NCBI GenBank assembly: GCA_030141605.1
Contig: JAQGDQ010000384.1
Coordinates: 87,167-151,166, forward strand
Origin: Tubiluchus corallicola
Taxonomy: Eukaryota > Animalia > Priapulida
Direction: 5' to 3'
Length of the DNA stretch: 64,000 bases
Shown here piece after piece: positions 20,839 through 32,800 of the stretch. The stretch's first letter is position 1, and the number at the start of each line of letters is the position of its first letter. The notes under the pieces are model-generated. The model saw only the letters and a list, made by a program, of their open reading frames with translations, was not told where the DNA came from and ran no database searches. The position numbers were made by a program, and so were the translations under genes.

Positions 20839-23022
20839 ATGAGTTTACAAACTGAAGCAGAAAAAAGACATATTGACGACTTATTTCATGACCTTCTAAT
20901 GTCATTTCGCTACCGTAAGCTGACAAATGAAAGCAAAGTCCAGATAACGAAAGCATTTGAGTTTGCAAATGAAGCACACATGGGAGTAAGGCGCAAATCG
21001 GGAGAACCATATATCTTGCACCCTCTGTCAGTTGCCAAAATAGTTACACACGATATCGGGCTGGGCACCACCTCAGCTATAGCAGCCATTCTACATGATG
21101 TTGTCGAGGATACCGACTATACAGTGCAGGATATTGAGAGTATTTTTGGGAAGAAAGTTGCATTACTCGTCGACGGACTGACAAAGATATCAGGCTCCTC
21201 CTATTCGATCCAGGCAGAGAACTTTAAAAAAATGCTGCTAACGCTATCTGATGATGTTAGGGTTATACTTATTAAACTGGCAGACCGGCTGCACAATATG
21301 CGCACACTTGACTTAATGCCCCGTAATAAGCAGCTGAAAATATCTGGTGAAACGCTTTATGTTTATGCTCCGCTGGCCCATCGCTTTGGACTGTATATAA
21401 TAAAATCGGAACTGGAAGACTTGAGCCTCAAATTCAAGCTCCCTGAAGTGTATAACAATATTCAGCTGCAACTACATGACAACAGAAAAAAGCTGGATCA
21501 CTTCGTGGATATTTTTACCCGACCGATAAAGAAAAAACTAAAAGAAGAGAAATTTAACTTCTCTATCAGCGGACGTACCAAGTCCATATACTCCATTTGG
21601 GGGAAAATGCAGGCTAAGAATATCCCATTTAGCGAAATTTATGACCTTTACGCTGTCCGGATTGTTTTTGACCCTGCCAAAAATATGGATGAAAAAAGGC
21701 AATGTTTCGATATCCTTTCGCTTATAACGGATATATACAGGCCTAAGCAAGAACGCCTCCGAGACTGGATTACAACCCCCAAAAGCAATGGATACAGGGC
21801 TTTGCATATTACCGTAATGGGACAGGAAGGGCGCTGGGTAGAGGTTCAGATAAGAAGTAAAGAGATGGATGAGGTTGCTGAGTGGGGATTTGCGGCTCAC
21901 TATAACTACAAAGAAAAGAGCCACGGCGAAACGGAACTTGGAAACTGGCTGGGTAAAATACGGGAACTATTACAAAACCCGGAGTCTAACGCTCTCGACT
22001 TTCTTGATGAATTCAAATTAAACCTCTACTCTCAGGAGGTTGTCGTTTTTACCCCCAAAGGGGAGATGAGACAAATGCCAAAAAATGCGACTGTCCTGGA
22101 TATGGCATACGAAATACACACAGACCTGGGAAACAAATGCATAGGAGCGAAGGTAAACCACCACCTGGTCTCCATCAGCCACATACTTAAAAGCGGAGAC
22201 CAGATAGAGATACTATCCTCCAGCAAACAAAAACCCAAACCGGAGTGGCTCTCTTATGCTATAACAGCGCGGGCAAAGTCAAAGATTAAAAGCTATCTAA
22301 AACAGGAACAGGACAAATATATAGAAAAAGGGATGGAGGCTGTTACAAAAAAACTGGACAAGCTTAACATAAAACCATCTTCACACACTCTAAGAAAGAT
22401 TATTCGGCATTTTTCATTAAACTCCAAAGAACAACTATATACAGAAGTTGGACTTGGACTGATAAGCCTTGATAATATAAAAGAGATATTATATAAAAAG
22501 TCCGAGAAAAAGGTCATTAAATTCTGGAGGCTCCTCCCTACAAGTAGAAAAACAAACAAAGCTACTGTAGACAGAAAAAAGACTTTCCTGCTGAAAGAGG
22601 GAATGGCAGACTATACTCTTGCTACATGCTGCAATCCAATTCCTGGAGATGACGTTGCAGGCTACATTTCGGAAGGGAAAAAAATATTTATTCATAAGAA
22701 GAGCTGTCCTGAGGCTATAAGCTTAATGTCTAAGCACGGGGACAGTGTTATAGATGTGGAGTGGACACGCTTTAAAGTCCGCTCCTACCTGTCACATGTT
22801 CATATCAGAGGAATCGATAAGCAAGGTATTGTAAATAGCATCACCAACATTGTATCGAACGAGTACAATATCAATATGCGCTCAATAAGCTTTGATGCAC
22901 ATGATGGTACGTTTGAAGGGAACTTATTCCTGTACGTACACCATACCGAAGATTTACAAAAGCTTATTTCAAAACTCTCCAATATAAAAGGTGTCGAAGC
23001 TGTGGGAAGGGTTGCGTCCTAA
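20839..23022 (+). CDS. RelA/SpoT family (p)ppGpp synthetase/hydrolase
   Basis: RKSGEPYILHP, LHDVVED, KLADRLHNMRTL, PKSNGY..LH, EVQIRS, TGS and ACT domains. Confidence 0.96.
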   Translation: MSLQTEAEKRHIDDLFHDLLMSFRYRKLTNESKVQITKAFEFANEAHMGVRRKSGEPYILHPLSVAKIVTHDIGLGTTSAIAAILHDVVEDTDYTVQDIESIFGKKVALLVDGLTKISGSSYSIQAENFKKMLLTLSDDVRVILIKLADRLHNMRTLDLMPRNKQLKISGETLYVYAPLAHRFGLYIIKSELEDLSLKFKLPEVYNNIQLQLHDNRKKLDHFVDIFTRPIKKKLKEEKFNFSISGRTKSIYSIWGKMQAKNIPFSEIYDLYAVRIVFDPAKNMDEKRQCFDILSLITDIYRPKQERLRDWITTPKSNGYRALHITVMGQEGRWVEVQIRSKEMDEVAEWGFAAHYNYKEKSHGETELGNWLGKIRELLQNPESNALDFLDEFKLNLYSQEVVVFTPKGEMRQMPKNATVLDMAYEIHTDLGNKCIGAKVNHHLVSISHILKSGDQIEILSSSKQKPKPEWLSYAITARAKSKIKSYLKQEQDKYIEKGMEAVTKKLDKLNIKPSSHTLRKIIRHFSLNSKEQLYTEVGLGLISLDNIKEILYKKSEKKVIKFWRLLPTSRKTNKATVDRKKTFLLKEGMADYTLATCCNPIPGDDVAGYISEGKKIFIHKKSCPEAISLMSKHGDSVIDVEWTRFKVRSYLSHVHIRGIDKQGIVNSITNIVSNEYNINMRSISFDAHDGTFEGNLFLYVHHTEDLQKLISKLSNIKGVEAVGRVAS

Positions 23023-23049
23023 GACACGAACAGAATAAAGACCCGCCTT

Positions 23050-23170
23050 AAGAACGTTTGCAGGGTATAAAGGTTCAGGGCGAGGAAGAATTTGATGAAA
23101 AGTGCAGCCTGATGACGTAGTGCAGACTCTGACAAAAAATAAAAAGATAAGTCCCCTTTCGCAAAAACCT
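23050..23170 (-). repeat. Degenerate dispersed intergenic repeat, copy D (reverse)
   Basis: Reverse complement tttgcgaaa..atctttttattttttgtcaga..tttcatcaaattcttcc..gaaccttt..gcaaacgttctt resembles copies B and C. Confidence 0.5.
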
Positions 23171-24006
23171 CACTCTTTTAGCGAAAGCTTAACCACAACA
23201 GGGAGGTGGTCTGATGGAAACCGGTTATCTTTTATATCACTCAACGCAGCATACTTCTTTATGGAGATATTATCTGTTACAAAGATATAATCTATCCTGG
23301 CATCAAGCTCCCTTGTCAGGTCAAAGCCATTTGCAGTGCCATACGGCCCGTATGGAGGAGACTCTGATATATCATAACTGTCTCTTAGCGAATTTTTAAT
23401 AATTGAGATACCATCGCTTTCAGGCCTTAGGTTAAAGTCGCCGCACAACACAACAGGACTGCGCCCTGCAATCTCCTTGACTTTACGAATTACCAGCTTT
23501 GCAGATTCCAAACGAGCAATATCCCCTTTATGGTCAAAATGCACGTTGAAAACATATAGTGTTTCTCCGCTTCTGGTATCCCTGAGCTCCGCCCATGAAC
23601 ATATCCTTTTACATGCAGCATCCCATCCAAAATTGGGAACGGAAGTCTCCTCACTAAGCCAGAAATCCCCGTTTTTAACAAGCTCAAATCTACTGGTTTT
23701 ATAGAAAATTGCCGAATGTTCCCCTGCACTTTCCCCATCATCCCTCCCTACTCCCACATAAGCAAAGTCCGGGATAGAAGCGATATCCTCCAACTGACTC
23801 TTAAACCCCTCCTGAGTACCAATTATCTCAAACTCATGGTATACTATTAACGACTTCAAATGCTCAACACGATTGCGCCACACATTAGCTCCGTCCTTCT
23901 CTGTCTTCATTCTTATATTGAACGTAGCCACATTAATAGGCTCTCGGGCTGTTAACAATAAGGCATTTATAGTGAAAGCAGCGATAAGAATCAGTTTGTA
24001 AATCAT
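23170..24006 (-). CDS. Endonuclease/exonuclease/phosphatase family secreted protein
   Basis: TFNIR, GTQE, NVHFDH, GDFN, IDYIF and SDH motifs; signal peptide. Confidence 0.93.
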   Translation of the reverse strand: MIYKLILIAAFTINALLLTAREPINVATFNIRMKTEKDGANVWRNRVEHLKSLIVYHEFEIIGTQEGFKSQLEDIASIPDFAYVGVGRDDGESAGEHSAIFYKTSRFELVKNGDFWLSEETSVPNFGWDAACKRICSWAELRDTRSGETLYVFNVHFDHKGDIARLESAKLVIRKVKEIAGRSPVVLCGDFNLRPESDGISIIKNSLRDSYDISESPPYGPYGTANGFDLTRELDARIDYIFVTDNISIKKYAALSDIKDNRFPSDHLPVVVKLSLKE

Positions 24007-24020
24007 AGTCAGTTATTTTT

Positions 24021-25793
24021 TTACCATCCGATATTTTGGGTGAGATTATTATTCACATCAATATCATATTGTGGAATAGGGTAAAGATAATGCTTTTCCT
24101 CAAACAACTTATCTCCCGGGTTCCACATTAACTCCCCTCTGTCATTATCGGAAAGAGTATACTTCTCTTCTCCTCCTACTTTTATGAAAACAAGTTTCTT
24201 ATAAGCCTCTGAATCTTCAAACTCAGGGGGGGCATCTGTGCTGTAAAAGACAACATCAAAAACTCCGTCACTATTAAGGTCCATCGGCATATCCAGCGCC
24301 TCAACATATATCCCATTGTAGTCGACATTCATCAGAGAGCCGGCTCTCCACCTAACCAGATCATAAAACCTGAACCCCTCAAGGACAAGCTCAATCCCCC
24401 TCTCCCTCCTTACCTCCAACAGGACAGGATCTGAAATGTCCGGAAAATACTCCTGCTGGATATATTCATCTGCTAAAGTTGGCAACACTGCAGCTCCGGA
24501 AATACCGCCCCTCCCCCTCAGCTCCCCTATCGTCATACTCCAATCCTCTGCTGTAAATGTCCCCAATTCAGCTTTTGCCTCCGCATAGTTAAGAAGAACC
24601 TCTGCATACCGTATAATAGATATCGCATTATCATTACGGCTTTCATCGTCATAGGGAAACTTCTCATCAAAACACCATTTAATAGGTTGGTAACCTGTAT
24701 ATACAGTTCTGAAATCAGGTGGTGCTACCTCGGGAACACCCTGGGCAGTACGCATATAATCCCCCAACCTTATGGTCTGTGCTAACCTTTTATCCCTACC
24801 TGCTACCTCCAGCTCAAATGGCATGGTTTTGTAATTGGGATCATCTGTAAACGGTGTCCCGTCTAAAGAGAGGTATGTATTAATAAACTTCCTTGTAAGG
24901 CTGGGACGTATACCATAGGTAGGGCTTACATACCGCCTGTTGGCTGCCGTAGTAATTTTCAGGTCGGCATCACATACATAAGATAAAATAATTTCTGGCA
25001 CTACAGGCGACTTGCTTATAAAGAGAGCCCTATAGGAATTGTCTTCCCCCGATGCCGTGTAAATATTATAGTTTCCCTCATTTATAAGGCTCCTGGCAGC
25101 TTCGGCAGATTGTGAAAACCAAAAATCGGCTGTTCCCGAAAGGCTTAGCCCGGTGTGATATTTCCTGAAAGACCCCTCAAACAGACATATCCTTGACTTG
25201 AGTGCATAAGCTACACTCTTTGTTATTAATGTATGGCTCGGATCTATCTCCTGCTGAATATTCGCTATTGCAAAATCTATATCTGCCAGAATGGAATCCA
25301 TAACAAGAACCCTTGAATCACGGGGGTTAAATAGCTCTTCATCCGTATTTGACATAGCCCTGTTTATCCACGGCACATCACCAAACCTTTTCACTTTCTC
25401 AAAGTAGAAATATGCTCTGAAAAACCTTGCAATACCTTTGTAGTTTGCTTTGGTAGACTGCGATACAGTTGATGTCTCAATACTCTCTAAAAAGAAATTT
25501 ATGTTTCTTAGCTGTGTCCATGTCCACCCTGTAGCAACTCTTGCATCATAACTATTAGGACGTATATAGTCGTTAATACTGGTGCCTGTAACATAGTCGG
25601 ACATATTATCTCCCAAAAATATATCTTCCCCGCCCGGAAGTATTTGATAAAATGAGTTGGCGTAGAGGGAGAGCCCCTCTTCTGTATTAAAAACAGTATC
25701 CTTGCTTGCCGAGTCTTTTGGCAGTTCGTTCAGAGAGCATGAAAATGCTAATATCCCGGTGATAAACACTAATACTTTATTTCCGTTTTTCAT
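24021..25793 (-). CDS. RagB/SusD family lipoprotein
   Basis: Lipobox AFSC, ARFFRAYFYF..FGDVPW, RYAEVLLNYAEA, RRERGIELVLEGFRFYDLVRW, LTQNIGW. Confidence 0.95.
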   Translation of the reverse strand: MKNGNKVLVFITGILAFSCSLNELPKDSASKDTVFNTEEGLSLYANSFYQILPGGEDIFLGDNMSDYVTGTSINDYIRPNSYDARVATGWTWTQLRNINFFLESIETSTVSQSTKANYKGIARFFRAYFYFEKVKRFGDVPWINRAMSNTDEELFNPRDSRVLVMDSILADIDFAIANIQQEIDPSHTLITKSVAYALKSRICLFEGSFRKYHTGLSLSGTADFWFSQSAEAARSLINEGNYNIYTASGEDNSYRALFISKSPVVPEIILSYVCDADLKITTAANRRYVSPTYGIRPSLTRKFINTYLSLDGTPFTDDPNYKTMPFELEVAGRDKRLAQTIRLGDYMRTAQGVPEVAPPDFRTVYTGYQPIKWCFDEKFPYDDESRNDNAISIIRYAEVLLNYAEAKAELGTFTAEDWSMTIGELRGRGGISGAAVLPTLADEYIQQEYFPDISDPVLLEVRRERGIELVLEGFRFYDLVRWRAGSLMNVDYNGIYVEALDMPMDLNSDGVFDVVFYSTDAPPEFEDSEAYKKLVFIKVGGEEKYTLSDNDRGELMWNPGDKLFEEKHYLYPIPQYDIDVNNNLTQNIGW

Positions 25794-25805
25794 TACTTTT
25801 TGAAC

Positions 25806-28800
25806 TTAAAATGTAAGTGAGATGCCTAATGTAATACTTGTTAAAATGGGGTAGTTGTACTCATCACCGGAGTTTCCCGAAGTAAGGTCTCTGTCTGAAC
25901 CATGAATATTACCCACATCTGTATCTCTTGTATATCTGTACATGGGGGACCACGACCACAGATTTTCTCCCGACGCATACACTTTTGCATCGCTCATATA
26001 CACTTTACTGACGAACGAGCGGGGAAGAGTATAACCCACCTGTAAGCTCTGTAACCTTATATGAGCTGCATTTTGCAAATACCGGGTTTGCGAAACATCC
26101 AGCTCTCTACCCCAGCCTGCAACATACCCCCTGAGCCTGGGCAAATATGCGTCAGGATTTTGTTCCGACCACATATTATCAAGGTGCCACGTGGGCAGAT
26201 CATTGTATGGCCTATTATACTGCCCGAAAAACCTGGATTCGCTACCCGGATACCAATCCTGCTTTAACACTCCCTGAAACATTGCGTTGAAAAAGAAACT
26301 ATTCCAGTCTGTACTCAGGTTTATCCCATAAATATACCTTGCAGATGAGTTACCAATAATTTGCATATCTCCCGGGTCATTCACCGTTCTTTCCCCGTCA
26401 TTAATTTTGTTATCTCCATTTATATCTTCAAAACGAATATCCCCCGGAAGCAGAGTCTTACTTGTAGATGACGGTATATAGGATTGATCAGGAGCAGAAT
26501 TGATTTCATCCTGTGACCTGAATAATCCCATAGTCTTATATCCCCATATTTCTCCTATTTTCATGCCGACATAATAGTCACTCAGAAGCTTTTCAGGATT
26601 GTTGTATTTAGTTATTTCCGACTGGCTATCAGATATACCCAGACTTATACTATATGTAAAAGGCTTTCCAGAAAGATTAAACTTGTCAAAAAACTTTATG
26701 CTCAGCTCCCAGCCCGATGTCATTAAGTCTGCATAATTGCCATAAGGTGTTTCCGCTCCATACACAGCAGGAGGTGTCAAAGCTTTTGTAAACATGTCGG
26801 TTGTCTTTCGCCAGTATCTGTCGCCTGAAACAAACAACTTATTGGATATAAGTCCAATATCAATACCTACGTTTAGCGTTGTAGAGGTCTCCCATGTAAG
26901 CCCCTCCGGCATCGACGGTGGTATTGAAAAGTATAATGGCTTTTCACCATTGACGATTCTTGATAAAGTCGATGGTGAGTAGGTCTCAATAAACCGGTAT
27001 GAAGAGATGCTCCCATTTCCAAGGGATCCGTAAGATGCTCTGAACTTTAGGTTTGATATAATCTTATCCGAAACAGTGAAAAACTGCTCCTCTGACACTC
27101 TCCACGCTGCAGACAATGACGGGAACATCTGGTACTGATCATCTGTATCAAACTTTGATGAGCCATCATACCTCCCATTTACTTCAATCAGATATCTATT
27201 GTCATAACTATAGTTAAACCTGTAAAACACTCCGAAAATCCGCCACCTCTCATAGCCTCCCAGCGTGATGATAGCCGGGCCAAATGCCAGACTCAGGTCT
27301 TCTGCATCCTGAAAAATAAGCCCGTTTCGCATAACGTAAAGCTGCTGCCATTCTGACGACTCATAGTTAACACCCAACAGGGCTGTAATATCATGCACAC
27401 CATTAAATGACCCGGTGTAGGTGGCATAGGCATTTGTAGCTATATACCGGGTCTTACTCTCACGCTGCTCTAAATCATTTTTATCCAGCCCCTGATAGCT
27501 TATCACCCCATTGGTACGGCTATAGGGAACAGGTACCCGTATCTGCTTTGTATCATGACTGATTTGTTGTAACGACAAATCGGCATTTAGCTTCAACTTC
27601 CCCTTTACAATATCTGCATCCGCAGAAATAGTGTTTTTCAGGAGCGTCCTGTATGTATCTTTACCGCTCTTACCGTACCAAAAATCCCCAACAGTGTAAG
27701 CGGCAGAGTGTGTCAAACTCCCGTCTCTGTTGAACATCATTGAGGTGGGATGCCCCTCATCTGCAATATTGCGCCAGATACCACCTCCCTCCCCTACATT
27801 AACAGGATTATGGTAACTCATATCTGAAAACTCCATATTATTACTTATAGCTATCCAGTCAGCAACTTTTACACTTGCTTTTGCCCTTATATTAAGCATC
27901 TTATAATCATCAGAATTGTACCTGAACAGCCCATCCTGCTGGTTATAGCGCCCTGATATCAGATAGGAGACCGCTTCTGACGAGCCGGAAACAGATATAT
28001 TATGATCCTGGGCATACAGACTGCTCTTATACAACAGCTCATACCAATCAGTACTGCCATAATAGATGTTTTCGTTGGTGTGAGGATCTATGGCATACTT
28101 AGACAGTGTTGGGTCGTCGTGTCTTTTTTTCAGCTCTTCCAGATATTGTGGAGAAAACGGTTGTGTCTTGTTGATTTTTGTTGGTAAGTTATTATAATCA
28201 TTCCATGCATTATAGGCATCGGAAAAATGGCTGGCCCAGATATATCCATCAGTAACATAGTCAGGAACAGTTGTTGGAAATTTAACCGACTGATTGGTGG
28301 AATAATGCACCTTTACGTCTCCTTTGAGTGGGCTCTTGGTGGTTATCAGTACAACACCAAATGCAGCTCGGGCCCCATATATTGATGCAGAAGCGGCGTC
28401 CTTTAAAACAGATATAGAAGCTATATCATTGGGATTCAGCATGGTGGGATCCCCCTCCACCCCATCTATCAGCACCAGGGCACTCCCCCCCTGCCCAACA
28501 GATGTCACCCCTCTTATATTGAATGTCGGAGACTGTGTAGGCTTCCCATCCAGTAGGGTTACATTCAGGTTTGGAATTTGCCCTTGTAACCCCTGGGTTA
28601 TATTGTTTACAGCCCTGTTTTCAAAAACCTCTCCATCCACATGGTCAATTGCTCCTGACAGATTAACTTTACTCATTGTACCATACCCGATAGCAATAAC
28701 CTCCTCCAGACCTATTGCATCTTCTGCCAGCACAACATCAATTACGCTCCTTCCCCCTGCTTCAACCTCCTGTGTAGCCATACCCAAAAAAGAAAACACC

Positions 28801-29165
28801 AGTGTTGTTGCCCATTCAGGAATAGAAATAGAGTATCTCCCATCTATGCCTGTAATTACACCTAGGGTAGTCCCTTTTACAATAACAGATGCCCCCGGCA
28901 AAGATTCGCCTGACTTATCAGTTACATGACCGGAAACTACGATACTTTGTTGATCCCAGGAATAATGAGAGAATGTAGTAAAATAATCTGCTGCCGAAGC
29001 CTGTATTACCACTGCTACTAATAAAAACAGAACTGACAAAATCCTCCGGTCGAATATGCCGGCAGCTACTCTCTCAACACTGAGAAACCTTACTCCCTGT
29101 TTTTTACACGTCATTACAAGAAAAAAAGATATAAGTAATAAAAATGAAATAGTTAGATTTTTCAT
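25806..29165 (-). CDS. SusC/RagA TonB-dependent transporter (likely start 29165)
   Basis: LKDAASASIYGARAAFGVVLITTK, RYDGSSKF, LTWET, terminal Phe; unusual lipoprotein-like leader (see findings). Confidence 0.95.
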   Translation of the reverse strand: MKNLTISFLLLISFFLVMTCKKQGVRFLSVERVAAGIFDRRILSVLFLLVAVVIQASAADYFTTFSHYSWDQQSIVVSGHVTDKSGESLPGASVIVKGTTLGVITGIDGRYSISIPEWATTLVFSFLGMATQEVEAGGRSVIDVVLAEDAIGLEEVIAIGYGTMSKVNLSGAIDHVDGEVFENRAVNNITQGLQGQIPNLNVTLLDGKPTQSPTFNIRGVTSVGQGGSALVLIDGVEGDPTMLNPNDIASISVLKDAASASIYGARAAFGVVLITTKSPLKGDVKVHYSTNQSVKFPTTVPDYVTDGYIWASHFSDAYNAWNDYNNLPTKINKTQPFSPQYLEELKKRHDDPTLSKYAIDPHTNENIYYGSTDWYELLYKSSLYAQDHNISVSGSSEAVSYLISGRYNQQDGLFRYNSDDYKMLNIRAKASVKVADWIAISNNMEFSDMSYHNPVNVGEGGGIWRNIADEGHPTSMMFNRDGSLTHSAAYTVGDFWYGKSGKDTYRTLLKNTISADADIVKGKLKLNADLSLQQISHDTKQIRVPVPYSRTNGVISYQGLDKNDLEQRESKTRYIATNAYATYTGSFNGVHDITALLGVNYESSEWQQLYVMRNGLIFQDAEDLSLAFGPAIITLGGYERWRIFGVFYRFNYSYDNRYLIEVNGRYDGSSKFDTDDQYQMFPSLSAAWRVSEEQFFTVSDKIISNLKFRASYGSLGNGSISSYRFIETYSPSTLSRIVNGEKPLYFSIPPSMPEGLTWETSTTLNVGIDIGLISNKLFVSGDRYWRKTTDMFTKALTPPAVYGAETPYGNYADLMTSGWELSIKFFDKFNLSGKPFTYSISLGISDSQSEITKYNNPEKLLSDYYVGMKIGEIWGYKTMGLFRSQDEINSAPDQSYIPSSTSKTLLPGDIRFEDINGDNKINDGERTVNDPGDMQIIGNSSARYIYGINLSTDWNSFFFNAMFQGVLKQDWYPGSESRFFGQYNRPYNDLPTWHLDNMWSEQNPDAYLPRLRGYVAGWGRELDVSQTRYLQNAAHIRLQSLQVGYTLPRSFVSKVYMSDAKVYASGENLWSWSPMYRYTRDTDVGNIHGSDRDLTSGNSGDEYNYPILTSITLGISLTF

Positions 29166-29756
29166 AGGAATTCCGCTCACAAGAACTTGCCACATATAAG
29201 AGCTTTAAAAGTCACGTATGTTAAACAGCCAGAATCAAAACCGTGACAACGCACATCTAATGTAGCAAATAAAAAAGTTAATATAGTAATTAATTACCAT
29301 AATAGGTAAACATCGAGTGCAAAACGATAAACATTTTTCTCCTATTTATGCATCGTGCCTGTTAAACTGTGGCTATGTTAGCTTTAATTAGCATGGCGTT
29401 GATATCCAGTGAGCCTTTAGAAACTCGAAAAACAACACCCTGTTAGTCTGATGCTTATCTATAGAGATAGTTAAGTGCTAACAGCGAACACTCACCTCCT
29501 ATTACTCTAAGCGAAATACTATAAAAAAGATCATACAAAATAAATAATCTATTTATAGATATAATATAATATATTACACCACATCACCTCCCGGCTATAG
29601 CCAACAAATGAAACTCATCGTGTTATCACCATACTTAGATAACAGCTATTTGTAACAGGTTTTAACCCTGCTACCACACTACTACTTCATGTTATAGTTT
29701 AATAGTTTATAAAAAAGCAGGTGTAAAATAGCTTGTATCTTGTATGAAAACAGAAT

Positions 29757-29790
29757 AAAAAAACCGTGCTCCTGCAGATAGCACGGTTTT
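29757..29790 (-). terminator. Rho-independent terminator of the 1350-aa lipoprotein gene
   Basis: aaaaccgtgct...agcacggtttt stem with a T tract on the minus strand, about 50 bp past the stop. Confidence 0.7.
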
Positions 29791-29839
29791 AGATATTACC
29801 AGCAATACTTTTGCCTGTTTTTAATCCTGTTTTTAACTA

Positions 29840-32800
29840 TTACTGCCAATAGAGAGTAGGCCACTGTCCATTACCCTGCCACAGCCAGGGGCTATCTTCA
29901 CTGTTGCCAAATTGCCAGCCCTCGAAAACAGGATTATCGCTATTCCCTTTATCTATATACCCATTTCCTGACTGCTCCAAGTTGACCCCGGAAGAGACGC
30001 CCACCCCAAGGTGATATAGATCAAGTTTACCATCGGTAGAAGTATTTTGGCCTGTGCTGGTCTTGTCCCAGTAGCTGCTAGTGGTAATGGTTCCTACTCC
30101 ACTGTTATTTACAAATCCCAATAAGCCGCCGGCATAACTTCCAAACGGCGTTCCTGTTCTAGTTACATTACCCGTAGCGTAATTATTTATAATCGTACTC
30201 TTGCTGATAGTTCCTAACAAGGCGGCGACACGGCTTCTCCCTACAACATCTCCCGTAGCATAGTTATCTTTAATAGTACCTAAATAATCATATCCCATCA
30301 AACCGCCAACACCAAGTCCTCCATCCACTCTACTATATGAGTAACAATTGGTAGTAGTGCCTTTATGGCATCCTCCCACCAAGCCTCCGGTATAGTCTTC
30401 TCCATTCACACTACTACCCGCGTAACAATTGGTAATAGTGCTATTTCTGACATATCCCACCAAGCCTCCGGTATAAACTTCTCCATTCACACTACCTCCC
30501 GTAACATAACAATTGGTAATAGTGCTATTTCCAGAAAGGAATCCCACCAGGCCTCCGGTATATTTCCTTCGTCCCGTTACTCCTTTTGAAGATATCTCTA
30601 CTCCCACGTTTTTGATGATTGCTCCATTAGTATAACTAAACAAACCTGCATAATCATCATCAATGGGTGCATCACTTCTATCTATAAAGAGGTTCATTAT
30701 CTTATGACCACCTCCATCAAATGAGCCTGTAAATGTAGTCCAAATGCTCCCTAAGGGAACAAACCCAACCTTATCAAGCCCTTCCGGAAAGCCGCCAGGG
30801 GTTTCATCTGGTAAAGTTATGTCATTCTGTAAGGTATAATCACCAGCTAAATCATATTTTATCCCTTGTAAGTCCTGCCAACTCCTTATGCTATACTGCT
30901 CCTTGAAGGTATTAGTATAAGTGAAGGTTTTCTCTGGCACACCTGATCTTGAAAGTTTTAACTCCGTAGTGAGTTGCCCGTCATCTATGTTTATGGTTTT
31001 CCAATTTGGATACCTATTCAAAGCTAAATGGTTGCTTATAGATGCTTTATTGTTTGTTGCAGTTATAGTTCCTGAGGGACGACTGCTTACTCCATCTACT
31101 GTCAGGACATAGTTCCAGTTACCGTTCTTCAGGTTTCCTACCTCAAAAAGATTATTTTTATCAAAGTCTCCTGCACCAACCCTGTCTCCACCACTGTAGC
31201 TAGCTGATTTTAGCGTTGGTGACAGCTTCGTTAATGTTACTTTATACTCTTTTAATGTACTTTCATCTTCTGATGTAACAGTGTATCTCACCTCTTGATT
31301 GAAATCCTGAAGTGCATCTTTGGATGGCTCTATAGTTGCCCCTTCAGATATTTCCAGTAGTGACGGAGAGATGTTGTCCAAAGTAATTCCATATGGAACA
31401 TCTCCTGTAATCGTGCCCGCTTCGTCATCAATACTTATATTTTTTACTCCATTTATACCAAAGTCTGTGATTAGCGCCTCAGGATTAAGAGCTACATCAA
31501 CAGTTACGATATATTCCTTCTCACTACCATCCTCCGCTGTTACTGTATATTTTACAGGTCTCGTAAAGTCACTCTGATTAACCGGGTCCGAGGCTATACT
31601 TTCCCCAACATACTTAATATCAGGAGTAAGACCTGTCAAGCCTGTGCCATAGGGCACTGTAAGAGTTATCGTTCCCTCTTCCTGATCTATATCACCTTCC
31701 ACTACATCCGGATCCGAAAACGGATTGTCCGCAGCAAGAAAGTTGAACTCTGTTATCTCTTTTTCATCACTCGCTGCTTCATTAACCGTTACGATATATT
31801 CCTTCTTACTACCATCATCCGCTGTTACTGTATATTTTACAGGTCCCGTAAAGTTATTCTGATTAACCGGGTCCCGGGCTATACTTTCCCCAATATACTT
31901 AATATCAGGAATAAGATCTGTCAAGCCTGTGCCATAGGGCACTGTAAGGGTTATCGTTCCCTCTTCCTGATCTATATCACCTTCCACTACATCCGGATCC
32001 GAAAACGGATTGTCCGCAGCAAGAAAGTTGAACTCTGTTATCTCTTTTTCATCACTCGCTGCTTCATTAACCGTTACGATATATTCCTTCTTACTACCAT
32101 CATCCGCTGTTACTGTATACTCTACAGATTCCGTAAAGTCACTCTGATTAACCGGGTCTATACTTGCCCCAATATACTTAATATCAGGAGTAAGACCTGT
32201 CAAGCCTGTGCCATAGGGCACTGTAAGAGTTATCGTCCCTCCTGCTTGATCTATATAACCTTCCACTACATCCGGATCCGAAAACGGATTGTCCGCAGCA
32301 AGAAAGTTGAACTCTGTTATCTCTTTTTCATCACTCGCTGCTTCATTAACCGTTACAGTATATTTCTTCTCACTACCATCCTCCGCTGTTACTGTATATT
32401 TTACAGGTCTCGTAAAGTCACTCTGATTAACCGGGTCCGAGGCTATACTTTCCCCAACATACTTAATATCAGGAGTAAGACCTGTCAAGCCTGTGCCATA
32501 GGGCACTGTAAGGGTTATCGTTCCCTCTTCCTGATCTATATCACCTTCCACTACATCCGGATCCGAAAACGGATTGTTCGCAGCAAGAAAGTTGAACTCT
32601 GTTATCTCTTTACTTGCGCTTGAAGCAATTGCCACCAAATACTTCTGCTGAGTTTTCCCATCCTGAGCTGTTACTGTGTATTCTATAGAACGTGAAAAGT
32701 TTTGAGCATCATCCAAAGGAGGGTAAATATTCGCTCCGTCAGATATCTCAATATCCGGAACTATTATGCTTAAATCTGCTCCGAATAAAGCAGTACCTGT

